Assembly (NCBI GenBank): GCA_964605655.1 | Contig: CAZSDK010000020.1 | Span: forward strand, 6,974 to 70,973 | Source: an uncultured Bacteroidales bacterium | GTDB taxonomy: Bacteria > Bacteroidota > Bacteroidia > Bacteroidales > CAIXZF01 | DNA: 64,000 bases | Direction of reading: 5' to 3' | Shown here: positions 29,312 through 39,010 of the stretch, in pieces | Layout: the number at the start of each line of letters is the position of its first letter | How positions within the stretch are numbered: the stretch's first letter is position 1 | Translations under genes and position numbers: made by a program | Notes under the pieces: generated by a model | What the model was told of the DNA's origin: nothing | What the model saw: the letters and a program-made list of their open reading frames with translations, nothing else | Databases searched by the model: none

Positions 29312-29424
29312 AATTATTTTGGCCCCTTAAGGGGATTGAGTCCCTCTGCTAATTATTTTGGCCCCTTAAGGGGATGGAGTCCCTCTGCTATTTTTTTTGG
29401 CCCCCTCAGGGGGATTGAGTCCCT
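29284..29424. repeat. 39-bp tandem repeat x3.6, each unit carrying the palindromic core CCCCTTAAGGGG
   Basis: Units begin at 29284, 29323 and 29362, with a partial unit at 29401. The unit is ccccttaaggggatKgagtccctcKgctaattattttgg. The array fills the gap between the convergent aminotransferase and aspS genes. Confidence 0.9.
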
Positions 29425-29431
29425 TAAGTAC

Positions 29432-31183
29432 TTACTCCGGCTTCTGAATGGAGAGATTCAACTCACGGAGCTGTTCCTGTTTGATGGGGGAGGGGGCATC
29501 GATCATCATGTCGCGACCGGCGTTATTTTTCGGGAAAGCGATGAAATCCCTGATGGATTCCTGGCCGCCGAACAAAGCACACCAGCGGTCAAAGCCGAAA
29601 GCGATTCCGCCATGGGGAGGGGCCCCGAATTCAAATGCATTCATCAGGAAGCCAAACTGTTGCTGGGCATCTTCTTCGGTGAACCCGAGTATCCTCAGCA
29701 TCTTGTTCTGTAAAGCCTTGTTGTGGATACGAATGGACCCGCCACCGATCTCAACCCCATTGATCACCAGGTCGTATGCATTGGCCCTGACGGCTCCCGG
29801 ATCGGTATCAAGCAGGGGCAGGTCTTCCGGTTTTGGGGAAGTAAACGGATGGTGCATGGCATAAAACCTCCTGGTCTCTTCATCCCACTCCAGTAAGGGG
29901 AAGTCGGTGACCCACAAGGGTTTGAATTCATTGTTCTTTCTAAGACCCAGCAGGTTACCCATGTGCAGACGGAGCTCACACAGGGCTTTTCTTGTCCTGG
30001 CAGCCTCTCCTGCGAGTATCAGCACCAGGTCACCAGGCTGGGCATCAAAATGAAGAAGGATGGCTTTGAGGTCATCCTGGCCGAAAAACTTGTCGACGGA
30101 GGATTTCACCGAACCATCAGTGCCGAGTTTAATATAGACCAGTCCGGCTGCACCGATCTGAGGTTTTCTCACAAAATCGGTGAGCTCATCGAGTTGTTTT
30201 CTGCTATATTCACTGCAACCTTTGGCATTGATTCCGACGACCAGGGAAGCATCATCAAAGACCTTGAATCCTTTGCCCTGCACCATAGGAGTGATTTCGA
30301 CGAAGGTCATCCCGAAACGTATATCTGGTTTGTCGCTGCCGTATTGTTTCATGGCATTGGTATAATTCATCCGGGGAAGTGTCTCAATATCTTTATTTAA
30401 GATGGTCTTGAACAGATGACGGGCCAGCCCCTCAAAGGTGGTGAGGATATCTTCCTGTGTCACGAACGACATTTCGCAGTCAATCTGGGTGAACTCAGGC
30501 TGGCGGTCGGCACGCAGGTCTTCATCCCTGAAGCATCTTACAATCTGGAAATATCGGTCGAAACCGGCCACCATGAGAATCTGCTTATACGTCTGAGGAG
30601 ACTGGGGCAGGGCGTAAAATTCACCCGGATTCATGCGGGAAGGGACCACAAAATCACGGGCGCCTTCCGGTGTGGATTTGATCATGTAAGGGGTCTCGAT
30701 CTCCAGGAAGTGATTGTTATTGAGGTAATTCCTTGTTTCAAAGGCCATCCGGTGTCTCAGTTCCATATTGTCTTTCAGTACCGGTCTCCTTAGATCCAGG
30801 TACCTGAATTTCATGCGGATCTCATCGCCTCCGTCGGTATTGTTTTCGATGGTAAAGGGGGGCAGGACAGATTCATTCAAAATGGAGAAAGTATCGACCA
30901 GAATCTCGATGTCGCCGGTCGGCATCTTGGGATTTTTATTGCTTCTTTCGGCTACCATTCCGGTGGCGCTGATCACCCATTCCCTGCCCAGTTGGCGGGC
31001 TTCTTCACATAATGATGCATTGGCTTCCATGTTGAAGACCAGCTGTGTGATGCCATAACGGTCGCGCAGGTCAATGAAAGTCATCCCTCCCAGGTCCCGC
31101 GAACGCTGGACCCAGCCGCTGAGGGTCACCCTGGTTTTTTCATCTGCAATTCTAAGTTCTCCGCATGAATGAGTTCGAAGCAT
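29432..31183 (-). CDS. aspS: Aspartate--tRNA ligase
   Basis: Class II aaRS motifs ([40 protein letters not shown]). I place the start at Met 31183 ([11 protein letters not shown]), because an exact -7 box sits at 31205-31212 inside the longer track ORF (29432..31207). Confidence 0.93.
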   Translation of the reverse strand: MLRTHSCGELRIADEKTRVTLSGWVQRSRDLGGMTFIDLRDRYGITQLVFNMEANASLCEEARQLGREWVISATGMVAERSNKNPKMPTGDIEILVDTFSILNESVLPPFTIENNTDGGDEIRMKFRYLDLRRPVLKDNMELRHRMAFETRNYLNNNHFLEIETPYMIKSTPEGARDFVVPSRMNPGEFYALPQSPQTYKQILMVAGFDRYFQIVRCFRDEDLRADRQPEFTQIDCEMSFVTQEDILTTFEGLARHLFKTILNKDIETLPRMNYTNAMKQYGSDKPDIRFGMTFVEITPMVQGKGFKVFDDASLVVGINAKGCSEYSRKQLDELTDFVRKPQIGAAGLVYIKLGTDGSVKSSVDKFFGQDDLKAILLHFDAQPGDLVLILAGEAARTRKALCELRLHMGNLLGLRKNNEFKPLWVTDFPLLEWDEETRRFYAMHHPFTSPKPEDLPLLDTDPGAVRANAYDLVINGVEIGGGSIRIHNKALQNKMLRILGFTEEDAQQQFGFLMNAFEFGAPPHGGIAFGFDRWCALFGGQESIRDFIAFPKNNAGRDMMIDAPSPIKQEQLRELNLSIQKPE

Positions 31184-31204
31184 AATGTTCTTGATTTTGA
31201 CCGG

Positions 31205-31212
31205 CAAAGGTA
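31205..31212 (-). promoter_or_regulatory. -7 promoter box (minus-strand tacctttg) for aspS
   Basis: Plus-strand caaaggta is the reverse complement of TACCTTTG, 22 nt upstream of ATG 31183. Confidence 0.5.
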
Positions 31213-31392
31213 ATCAGAATCCCAACAATTGGGGAAGGGGTTGATTCTTTATCTTAGCAAAAAATGCATTGATTATGGAGCCTTTGGATATAAAAGGTAT
31301 CATGGAACGTGCCATGTTGTCGTTCGACCAATACCTGGGTTTTGACCAGTCAAAACGGATTACACTGCTAAAAGCGGAGGCTTGGTAAGGGA

Positions 31393-31851
31393 TCAGGGTT
31401 TCATCCATTCATACAGCTGATAATGGTCGCCGTTCATCCCGAGAAGATCATACACCTTCCGGGCACCGTGGTTGGTAAGATCGACGTACAGACGTATCCC
31501 TTTTACATCCTGGGTTTCAATGACTTTCTCCCTGATAAATTCATACATCCGCCGGAAAACACCCAGACGCCTGAATTCAGGCAGTACATAAACCGATTGT
31601 ATCCACCATACGTCCCCGTTCCTCCAGTCACTCCATTCAACAGTGATCATCAGGGAGGCGATCAGTTGTCCTTCCTTCAGTGCAACAAAGTAACGTCCTT
31701 TGTTGGGGTCGGAGAACACGGCGCTGACACCTGCCAAAAGTACATCAGGATCTAACCGAAGACCTTCTGTTTCCTTTGCCAGCATCTGCTGGAAATGGAT
31801 AATGCCCTGAAGATGCGCCTTTTCAGCCCGGGTGATGATAATATCTGACAT
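31393..31851 (-). CDS. GNAT-family N-acetyltransferase
   Basis: Acetyl-CoA-binding-like segment (VLPEFRRLGVFRRMYEFI) and typical size when started at Met 31851 (MSDIIITRAEK...). The longer track ORF (to 31956) would overlap the purF promoter and start. Confidence 0.75.
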   Translation of the reverse strand: MSDIIITRAEKAHLQGIIHFQQMLAKETEGLRLDPDVLLAGVSAVFSDPNKGRYFVALKEGQLIASLMITVEWSDWRNGDVWWIQSVYVLPEFRRLGVFRRMYEFIREKVIETQDVKGIRLYVDLTNHGARKVYDLLGMNGDHYQLYEWMKP

Positions 31852-31909
31852 CCGTCTGCTCCAATATCTGAACGAAGATAATAAAATCAGAGAAATGCAA
31901 AATCTTACA

Positions 31910-31917
31910 TACCTTTG
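31910..31917 (+). promoter_or_regulatory. -7 promoter box TAnnTTTG (tacctttg) for purF
   Basis: Exact consensus match 19 nt upstream of ATG 31936. It overlaps the track ORF start at 31915, which argues for the later start. Confidence 0.55.
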
Positions 31918-31935
31918 CTCCTTAATAATGAGTCT

Positions 31936-33837
31936 ATGAGCGATGCGATCAAGCATGAATGTGGAATTGCCCTCGTTCGCCTTTTAAAACCGCTCGAATA
32001 TTATCAGTCGAAATACGGAACATCCATATACGGGCTGAACAAGCTTCACCTGCTCATGGAGAAGCAGCATAACAGGGGCCAGGACGGGGCAGGGATTGGA
32101 TGTGTCAAATTCGACATGAAACCCGGATCCCACTACATCAACCGTTCACGCTCCAATGCTGCCAACCCGATAGAAATCATCTTCCGTAAGGTTTTCGATC
32201 AACTCAAGGATATCCATGAACGTTGTCCCCACCGCCTCCAGGATCCTGGCTGGCTGAAAGAGAATGTCGACTTCACCGGGGAATTGTTCCTGGGCCACCT
32301 GCGCTACGGGACTTTTGGCAGGTACAACCTGGAATATATCCACCCGGTGATGAGGGAAAACAACTGGATTACCCGTAACCTGGTCCTGGTGGGCAATTTC
32401 AACCTGACAAACGTTCAGGAACTGTTCACCAAGCTGATCGAACTGGGGCAATATCCGACGGAAACCTCCGATACGGTGACCATCCTCGAGAAGATCGGAC
32501 ATTTCCTTGATGAGGAGAACGAGACCTTGTACCAGGAATTTAAAAAAGAAGGACTCCTTAAAAAGGATATCTCTCATCTCATAGCCAAGCATCTGGACAT
32601 CAAAACGATACTGATCAATTCCAGTAAGGAATGGGATGGCGGCTATGCTTTGGCCGGCATGTTTGGTCATGGCGACAGCTTTGTATTGAGAGATCCTGCC
32701 GGGATCCGGCCTGCCTTTTATTATTGTGATGACGAGGTGGTGGTGGCCGCTTCCGAAAGGCCGGCCATACAAACTACGTTCAACGTCAGTGCCTCGAAGA
32801 TCATGGAGCTCACACCCGGACATGCCCTGATTATCAAGAAAGACGGGAGCCTGGGTGAGCATCTGATCCGCCCGCCGGTGGAGAAGAAATCCTGTTCCTT
32901 CGAGAGGATCTATTTCTCCAGGGGTTCGGATAAGGACATCTATGAGGAAAGGAAGAAGCTGGGTAAGTTCCTGTGCCCTTCTATCCTGGAGGCCATTGGC
33001 TACGATCTTGAAAACACGGTGTTTTCTTATATCCCCAACACTGCTGCCGTTGCTTTTTACGGTCTGCAGAAAGAAATGGACGCTTATTGCAACCGCGTTG
33101 CCAGGGAAAAGATCCTTAACCTGGGCCGTGTGCCCACCGCTGAAGAACTGGACCATATCCTTTCCCTGCGTCCCCGGCTGGAGAGGGTAGCCATTAAAGA
33201 CAATGCGCTCCGTACCTTCATCACTGCCGATCTGCATCGCGATGACCTGGTGGCGCACGTTTATGACATCACCTATGGCACCATCAGGGAAGGTATTGAT
33301 AGCCTGGTGGTCCTGGATGATTCTATCGTTAGGGGGACTACTCTGAAACACAGTATCCTCAGGATCCTTGCACGCCTGCATCCAAAGAAAATTGTGGTGG
33401 CTTCCTCCGCACCCCAGATACGGTTTCCCGACTGTTATGGAATTGACATGGCCCGGCTGAGTGATTTTGTTGCCTTCCAGGCTGCCGTTGCCCTGTTGAA
33501 TGAGACCCACCAGGAACATATCATCAACGAGGTCTATAAGAAATGCAAGGAGCAGGAACTGCTGCCGAAAGAGAGAGCGGTTAATTTCGTGAAAGAGATC
33601 TACAAACCTTTTCTGCCGGACCAGGTCTCTGATAAGATTTCCGAGTTGTTGACACCCAAGGGGATACAATCAGAGGTACAGATCGTCTTCCAGAAGATTG
33701 AAGACCTTCATGATGCCTGTCCGAACGATCTGGGGGACTGGTATTTTACAGGAGACTATCCGACACCCGGTGGGAACAGGGTTGCCAACCGTTCTTTCAT
33801 CAATTACATAGAGGGTCGCTCGGAAAGGGCTTATTAA
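31936..33837 (+). CDS. purF: Amidophosphoribosyltransferase (long, class II glutamine amidotransferase form)
   Basis: N-terminal MSDAIKHECGIALVRL (catalytic Cys after a short propeptide), the NRGQDGAGI motif and the PRT motif VVLDDSIVRGTT. Confidence 0.9.
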   Translation: MSDAIKHECGIALVRLLKPLEYYQSKYGTSIYGLNKLHLLMEKQHNRGQDGAGIGCVKFDMKPGSHYINRSRSNAANPIEIIFRKVFDQLKDIHERCPHRLQDPGWLKENVDFTGELFLGHLRYGTFGRYNLEYIHPVMRENNWITRNLVLVGNFNLTNVQELFTKLIELGQYPTETSDTVTILEKIGHFLDEENETLYQEFKKEGLLKKDISHLIAKHLDIKTILINSSKEWDGGYALAGMFGHGDSFVLRDPAGIRPAFYYCDDEVVVAASERPAIQTTFNVSASKIMELTPGHALIIKKDGSLGEHLIRPPVEKKSCSFERIYFSRGSDKDIYEERKKLGKFLCPSILEAIGYDLENTVFSYIPNTAAVAFYGLQKEMDAYCNRVAREKILNLGRVPTAEELDHILSLRPRLERVAIKDNALRTFITADLHRDDLVAHVYDITYGTIREGIDSLVVLDDSIVRGTTLKHSILRILARLHPKKIVVASSAPQIRFPDCYGIDMARLSDFVAFQAAVALLNETHQEHIINEVYKKCKEQELLPKERAVNFVKEIYKPFLPDQVSDKISELLTPKGIQSEVQIVFQKIEDLHDACPNDLGDWYFTGDYPTPGGNRVANRSFINYIEGRSERAY

Positions 33838-33840
33838 GCT

Positions 33841-35019
33841 TTACATCAGTTTCTGGTACACCTGCCACCAGCGGTTGGGGATATCGTCTTTGCAGGCGGT
33901 CTGGTAGTCCTGGTAAGAGCAGGGCACCAGGTAATGTCTCTCGTACTTGGTCTTCAGGTTGGTCTGAACAGGCACCTCCATCCACCAGCGGTCGCTTTTC
34001 TTGCTTTTAAAGAATACCATTTCATCTTTGTGACCGGAAATGGAGACGAGGTATTTGATATAATGCTCTTTTTCAAGCATGGGGAAGTCATGTTTCCTGT
34101 TGTAATAACCTTCCAGGAAGTACCAGATCATTTGGGCCACCAGGTGGGTGGTCTGGCCGTGGTTATCGCAGGAAGGGTTCACCTCATAAAACCCGATGGA
34201 GGTCAGTTTGTCGCTTAACCCGGCATACCGTACGATCTGGCACATCTCTTCACCGTAGAATCCATGGGGAGAGGCATTGCCATTGCCGGGAGCGTCGGAA
34301 TGCCTTACCGATGAGATGTCGACGCTTACAATATCTGCATTTCTCACGATGGGTTCGACCTCTTCGAGGTTGGAACGGACGATGCCAAGACGGTAGGTGT
34401 CGAAAAGCAGGTTCTTCATCAGCCTGATGGCGTCCTGGTCGACAAAATAAGTCTGGTATCCTATGTTGGCGAAGTTGAACAGGTAGTTCGGCTGATGCAT
34501 GATGATCCGGCTCAGGTACGACTGCGACGTACATTCGTCTTCGGTCTTGCCCAGGTCGAAAGAGGAATCCACGGTAACGATGTTGATGATCTGTCCCAGG
34601 TCCTCATAAGCCTTATAGTTGGCATAGGTAAGGTCCTGGCTTCCTCCGATGATAACAGGGATGATCCCGGCCTTCAGGAGTTCAGATACGACAGTGCTTA
34701 CAGCAAAATAAGTGTCTTCCACATCGAAGCCCTGCTTGATGTTGCCCAGGTCCACGATCCTGGGATTGTTGGCACCCGGATAGAGCATGTACAGGTAATC
34801 CCTGATCAGGTCGGGCGCCAGGGCACACCCGCTGTTATTCACAGCAAAACGGTCTTCTTTCACGCCAATGAGCGCGATATCAGTCTCCGTGATCTCAGGA
34901 AAATCTCCTTCTCTCAGGTAACTCCTGAAAAGATCACCTAGCCTTTTTCTCTGATTTTCAGCACAATACTTGAACTGGAACAGTTCCGCCGGCTCAAAAT
35001 AAAGCGACAAATCTATCAT
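33841..35019 (-). CDS. Arginase/ureohydrolase-family protein (formimidoylglutamase-like)
   Basis: 392 aa. Metal-binding-type motifs of the family (VIIGGSQDLT, TVDSSFDL, VSVDISSVRHSDAPG). Confidence 0.7.
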   Translation of the reverse strand: MIDLSLYFEPAELFQFKYCAENQRKRLGDLFRSYLREGDFPEITETDIALIGVKEDRFAVNNSGCALAPDLIRDYLYMLYPGANNPRIVDLGNIKQGFDVEDTYFAVSTVVSELLKAGIIPVIIGGSQDLTYANYKAYEDLGQIINIVTVDSSFDLGKTEDECTSQSYLSRIIMHQPNYLFNFANIGYQTYFVDQDAIRLMKNLLFDTYRLGIVRSNLEEVEPIVRNADIVSVDISSVRHSDAPGNGNASPHGFYGEEMCQIVRYAGLSDKLTSIGFYEVNPSCDNHGQTTHLVAQMIWYFLEGYYNRKHDFPMLEKEHYIKYLVSISGHKDEMVFFKSKKSDRWWMEVPVQTNLKTKYERHYLVPCSYQDYQTACKDDIPNRWWQVYQKLM

Positions 35020-35028
35020 ACCATATTA

Positions 35029-37365
35029 TTAGGATTTCCTCCTGATCGCTTTACGTGGAGATTTGCTTTTGGTTTCAACACTGTGGGCAATGATGGCTTT
35101 GCAGTCGTCCAGGTTCAGTTTTTCAGGGTCTTTTCCTTTGGGAATTTTATGATTTTCTCTTCCTACGGCAATATAAGGACCATAACGCCCATTCAGCACC
35201 TTAATTGTTGGTTCTTCGGGGAACTCCCTGATCAGCTTTTTCTCGTTAATATTCCTTTTTTCCATGATGATCTCAATGGCTCTTTCCTGGTTTACTGTAT
35301 GAGGGTCATCGGTTTTCGGAAGGGAATAGAAAGCATTCTTATGTTTAATATAAGGACCAAACCTGCCAATACCCGCGACCATCTCGGCTTCTTCAAACTC
35401 TCCGACATTCCTGGGAAGTTTGAAAAGATCGAGAGCCTGTTCCAGGGTGACTGTTTCCAGGGTCAGTTCCTTACCCAGCCTGGCAAACCTCGGTTTTTCA
35501 TCACTTTCGGTATCACCAAGTTGGACCATGGGGCCATACTTGCCGATCTTCACGAAAACATTCTTGCCGGTTTTAGGATCTGTTCCCAGCAGCTTTTCTC
35601 CCGTGAATTTGGTGGTCTTGGTCTGGGTTTCTTCTATCTGTGCGTGGAAGGGAAAGTAAAAGTCTTTGATCACCTCGTTCCATACCCTTTTACCCGCTGC
35701 CACCTTATCAAACTCTTCTTCCACCTCGGCAGTAAAATTATAGTCGATGATATGCTGGAAAAACTGCAGGAGGAATTTATTCACCAGGGTCCCGATATCG
35801 GTCGGGAAGAGTTTGGCTTTTTCATAGCCTGCTTTTTCGTTCTTCACAGAGACCTTGATACTCCCTTTTTTAAGGGCCAGAATGGTGTAATCTCTTTTAA
35901 CGCCCTCCTTGTCACCTTTGACCACGTATTCTCTTTTCTGAATAGTAGAGATGGTGGGGGCATAGGTAGAAGGTCTTCCGATTCCCAGTTCTTCCAGCTT
36001 TTTCACAAGACTTGCCTCGGTATACCGGGCAGGAATGGGAGAAAAACGCTGGGTGGCCTTGATATCGTCGGTAAGCAGGACCTGCCCCTTTTCAACCGGG
36101 GGAAGCACATCATCTTTATCTTCCTGTGTATCATCATCATCGAAAGATTCCTTGTACACTTTCAGGAATCCGTCGAAGGTGATGACTTCACCCCTGGCGA
36201 GGAATTTCTCGGTGGAATTGGAGATATCAATGGTAACCACAGTCTTTTCTACCAGGGCGTCGGCCATCTGCGAGGCGATCGCACGTTTCCAGATGAGGTC
36301 ATAGAGCCTTTGCTGGGCCACATCACCGTTGATCTCCTGATGATTCATATAGGTGGGCCGGATGGCTTCATGAGCCTCCTGTGCTCCTTTGGACTTGGTG
36401 GTATATTTTCTTGTTTTGACATACTGGGGGCCAAAAGTCCTGGTAATCTCTTCCTTGGCCATGCCCAGGGCAAGATTGGAGAGGTTCACCGAGTCGGTCC
36501 TCATGTAGGTGATCTTACCTGACTCATAAAGCTGCTGGGCTACCGTCATGGTTTTCGATACCGAAAATCCCAGTTTTCTGCTTGCCTCCTGCTGGAGGGT
36601 GGAGGTGGTAAAAGGAGGGGCGGGTGATTTTTTGGATGGCTTTGTTTCCACTCCTTCCACTGTGAAGGTCGAAGTTTTGCAGTTTTCAAGGAATGCCATG
36701 GCTTCATCCTGGGTATCGTACTTTCTGGAGAGCTCAGCTTCCATTTTTACGATGCCTTCATCGGTGATCACATCAAAAAGGGCAGTCACTTTAAAAGCCG
36801 ACTGGCTCACAAAACTCTTGACATCATCCTCTCTTTCTACGATAAGCCGCACGGCTACCGACTGCACCCTTCCTGCTGAAAGAGAAGGTTTCACTTTCTT
36901 CCACAATAAGGGTGACAGTTCAAATCCGACCAGGCGGTCCAATACCCTTCTTGCTTGCTGGGCGTTGACCAGGTTGCGGTCTATCTTCCTCGGATTCTCG
37001 ATGGCACCAAGGATGGCATTCTTCGTAATCTCATGAAAGACAATCCGTTTTATCCTGGCTTCTTCCAGGTTCAGCGTTTCCACCAGGTGCCAGCTGATGG
37101 CTTCTCCTTCACGGTCCTCGTCCGTTGCTAGCCAGATCACCTCTGCCTCCTGGGAAACCTTCTTCAGGTCTGCGACTACTTTCTTTTTTTCCGGGGATAT
37201 CTCATATAAAGGAAGAAATCCTTTCTCAATATCCACCCCCAACAGCTTTTTGGAGAGGTCCCGAACATGTCCAAAACTGGATTTAACAAGGAATTCCTTT
37301 CCCAGAAATCCTTCAATGGTTTTGGCTTTGGCCGGGGACTCAACGATGACGAGATTTTTCGGCAT
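35029..37365 (-). CDS. topA: DNA topoisomerase I (type IA)
   Basis: 778 aa. TOPRIM N-terminus MPKNLVIVESPAKAKTIEGFLG, DEDREGE, the active-site region ITYMRTDS, and C-terminal repeated GRFGPYI / GRYGPYI motifs. Confidence 0.95.
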   Translation of the reverse strand: MPKNLVIVESPAKAKTIEGFLGKEFLVKSSFGHVRDLSKKLLGVDIEKGFLPLYEISPEKKKVVADLKKVSQEAEVIWLATDEDREGEAISWHLVETLNLEEARIKRIVFHEITKNAILGAIENPRKIDRNLVNAQQARRVLDRLVGFELSPLLWKKVKPSLSAGRVQSVAVRLIVEREDDVKSFVSQSAFKVTALFDVITDEGIVKMEAELSRKYDTQDEAMAFLENCKTSTFTVEGVETKPSKKSPAPPFTTSTLQQEASRKLGFSVSKTMTVAQQLYESGKITYMRTDSVNLSNLALGMAKEEITRTFGPQYVKTRKYTTKSKGAQEAHEAIRPTYMNHQEINGDVAQQRLYDLIWKRAIASQMADALVEKTVVTIDISNSTEKFLARGEVITFDGFLKVYKESFDDDDTQEDKDDVLPPVEKGQVLLTDDIKATQRFSPIPARYTEASLVKKLEELGIGRPSTYAPTISTIQKREYVVKGDKEGVKRDYTILALKKGSIKVSVKNEKAGYEKAKLFPTDIGTLVNKFLLQFFQHIIDYNFTAEVEEEFDKVAAGKRVWNEVIKDFYFPFHAQIEETQTKTTKFTGEKLLGTDPKTGKNVFVKIGKYGPMVQLGDTESDEKPRFARLGKELTLETVTLEQALDLFKLPRNVGEFEEAEMVAGIGRFGPYIKHKNAFYSLPKTDDPHTVNQERAIEIIMEKRNINEKKLIREFPEEPTIKVLNGRYGPYIAVGRENHKIPKGKDPEKLNLDDCKAIIAHSVETKSKSPRKAIRRKS

Positions 37366-37387
37366 GGTCCGTTTTTTAAAAGTGGCA

Positions 37388-37395
37388 CAAAAGTA
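37388..37395 (-). promoter_or_regulatory. -7 promoter box (minus-strand tacttttg) for topA
   Basis: Plus-strand caaaagta, 23 nt upstream of the topA ATG. Confidence 0.5.
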
Positions 37396-37460
37396 ATATA
37401 TTTTTAAAACCTGCTTTTCAGAATATCCATATTAATATGGTAGGTTCAGAAGCAACAAAC

Positions 37461-37468
37461 TAATTTTG
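37461..37468 (+). promoter_or_regulatory. -7 promoter box TAnnTTTG (taattttg), about 190 nt upstream of miaB
   Basis: Exact consensus match. Its transcript would include the palindromic element at 37528-37621. Confidence 0.4.
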
Positions 37469-37527
37469 CAGCAAATTGTTTAATTCTTTGACTTATTTTG
37501 AAAAGAGGTCGTCTCATAAGGCTGAAA

Positions 37528-37621
37528 ATGCTTCGACTCCCCTCAGCATGACATTTGATTATCAATGTTTTGTCATATTGAGCGCCTGCCCGCCGGCAGG
37601 CAGGTAGTCGAAATATTGACA
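37528..37621. repeat. Nested inverted-repeat (REP/MITE-like) element
   Basis: Left arm atgcttcgactcccctcagcatgaca (37528-37553). Right arm tgtcatattgagcg-[cctgcccgccggcaggcagg]-tagtcgaaatattgaca (37571-37621). The arms are imperfect reverse complements (ctcagcatgaca vs tgtcatattgag; ttcgact vs agtcgaa). The right arm carries an inserted GC hairpin. Confidence 0.75.
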
Positions 37622-37656
37622 AAACACTAATTATAAGACAGCCTCCTATTATATAG

Positions 37657-39006
37657 ATGCATTTTACCTCGACAGTGGAAAAAAACAAGAAACTTTTTAT
37701 CGAGACCTACGGTTGCCAGATGAACTTCTCCGACAGTGAGATCGTGGGTTCTATCATGAAAGAAGGGGGTTATGACCTGACCGCAGACCTTCATGCCGCC
37801 GATGTGATCTTTGTCAATACCTGTTCCATCAGGGATAATGCGGAACAGAGGGTAAGGAAGAGACTCAGGGAATTCAACGCCCTGAAGAAAAAAAATCCAA
37901 GCCTGGTCGTGGGCTTGCTGGGTTGTATGGCAGAAAGGGTGAAGGAGGAGTTGTTCGAACAGGAGAAACTGCTTGATATTATTGCCGGTCCTGATTCCTA
38001 TCGCGACCTTCCCAGGCTTATGTCGGCCGTGGAGGAAGGACAGAAGGCAGTCAACCTGATCCTTTCGGCGGATGAGACCTATGCCGATATTTCCCCGGTG
38101 CGGCTCGGAAGCAATAGGGTGTCGGCCTTTATCTCTATTATGAGAGGCTGCGAGAACTTTTGTGCGTACTGCGTGGTACCCTATACCAGGGGGACAGAGA
38201 GGAGCCGTGATCCGAGGTCCATCCTGGCCGAAGCCAAAGACCTGTTTGACAAAGGATACCGGGAGGTGACCCTGCTTGGTCAGAATGTCAACTCCTATCA
38301 GTACGAGTCCGACGGCAAACGGATGGATTTCCCTGACTTGCTTGACGCTGTGGCCTCCATAGATCCTTTCTTAAGGGTTCGTTTTGCGACATCACACCCC
38401 AAAGATCTCAGCGACAAGCTGATAGAGACCATTGCCCGGCGACCCAACCTATGCCGTTCCATCCATCTGCCGGTTCAGTCGGGCAGCAGCAAAGTGCTGT
38501 GGGATATGAACAGGAACTATACCAGGGAATGGTACCTGGGAAGGATACAGGCGATTCGTAATGCCATTCCCGGATGCATGATCTCCACCGATATTATTGC
38601 CGGCTTTTGTGGTGAGACCGAGGCTGACCACAGGGAGACCCTGTCCCTGATGGAGGAAGTCGGATTTGATTATGCCTATATGTTCAAGTATTCGGAAAGA
38701 GCAGGCACATTTGCAGCTGGTACCAAAACCGACGATGTTGATGAAGTCACAAAGTCGCGCCGCCTGCAGGAGATCATCGATTTTCAGGGAAGGCTCTCCC
38801 TCGCTTCCAACCGTCGTGATATTGGCTTGACTTTCGAAGTGCTGGTGGAAGGTACTTCCAAACGATCTGCCCAAAAACTGGCCGGCCGGAACAGCCAGAA
38901 CAAAATGGTGGTATTCCCTTCACAGGGACAGCAAGCAGGAGACTATGTAAAGGTGATGGTTCGGGATTGTACGGCAGCCACCCTGTTGGGTGACATTGTT
39001 TCCTGA
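37657..39006 (+). CDS. miaB: tRNA-2-methylthio-N6-dimethylallyladenosine synthase (radical SAM methylthiotransferase)
   Basis: 449 aa. N-terminal ETYGCQMNFSDSE, radical SAM CxxxCxxC (GCENFCAYCVVP) and a C-terminal TRAM-like domain. Confidence 0.9.
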   Translation: MHFTSTVEKNKKLFIETYGCQMNFSDSEIVGSIMKEGGYDLTADLHAADVIFVNTCSIRDNAEQRVRKRLREFNALKKKNPSLVVGLLGCMAERVKEELFEQEKLLDIIAGPDSYRDLPRLMSAVEEGQKAVNLILSADETYADISPVRLGSNRVSAFISIMRGCENFCAYCVVPYTRGTERSRDPRSILAEAKDLFDKGYREVTLLGQNVNSYQYESDGKRMDFPDLLDAVASIDPFLRVRFATSHPKDLSDKLIETIARRPNLCRSIHLPVQSGSSKVLWDMNRNYTREWYLGRIQAIRNAIPGCMISTDIIAGFCGETEADHRETLSLMEEVGFDYAYMFKYSERAGTFAAGTKTDDVDEVTKSRRLQEIIDFQGRLSLASNRRDIGLTFEVLVEGTSKRSAQKLAGRNSQNKMVVFPSQGQQAGDYVKVMVRDCTAATLLGDIVS

Positions 39007-39010
39007 AAGC

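Noticed and set aside
29336-29713. 125-aa plus-strand ORF starting in the 39-bp repeat array
   Set aside because: It starts inside the tandem repeat and continues antisense to aspS. It is spurious.
31214-31408. 64-aa minus-strand ORF between aspS and the GNAT gene
   Set aside because: It overlaps the GNAT stop region, has an odd composition and has no start context. It is less plausible than the small plus-strand ORF noted in the findings, which is itself weak.
32146-33669. 507-aa minus-strand ORF
   Set aside because: It is antisense to purF, whose translation carries the catalytic Cys and PRT motifs. This is a shadow ORF.
35083-36522. 479-aa plus-strand ORF
   Set aside because: It is antisense to topA, which has TOPRIM and active-site motifs. 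This is a shadow ORF.
37446-37688. 80-aa minus-strand ORF upstream of miaB
   Set aside because: It is a translation of the REP-like palindrome (…CHAEGSRSI…) and overlaps the miaB start. It has no coding support.
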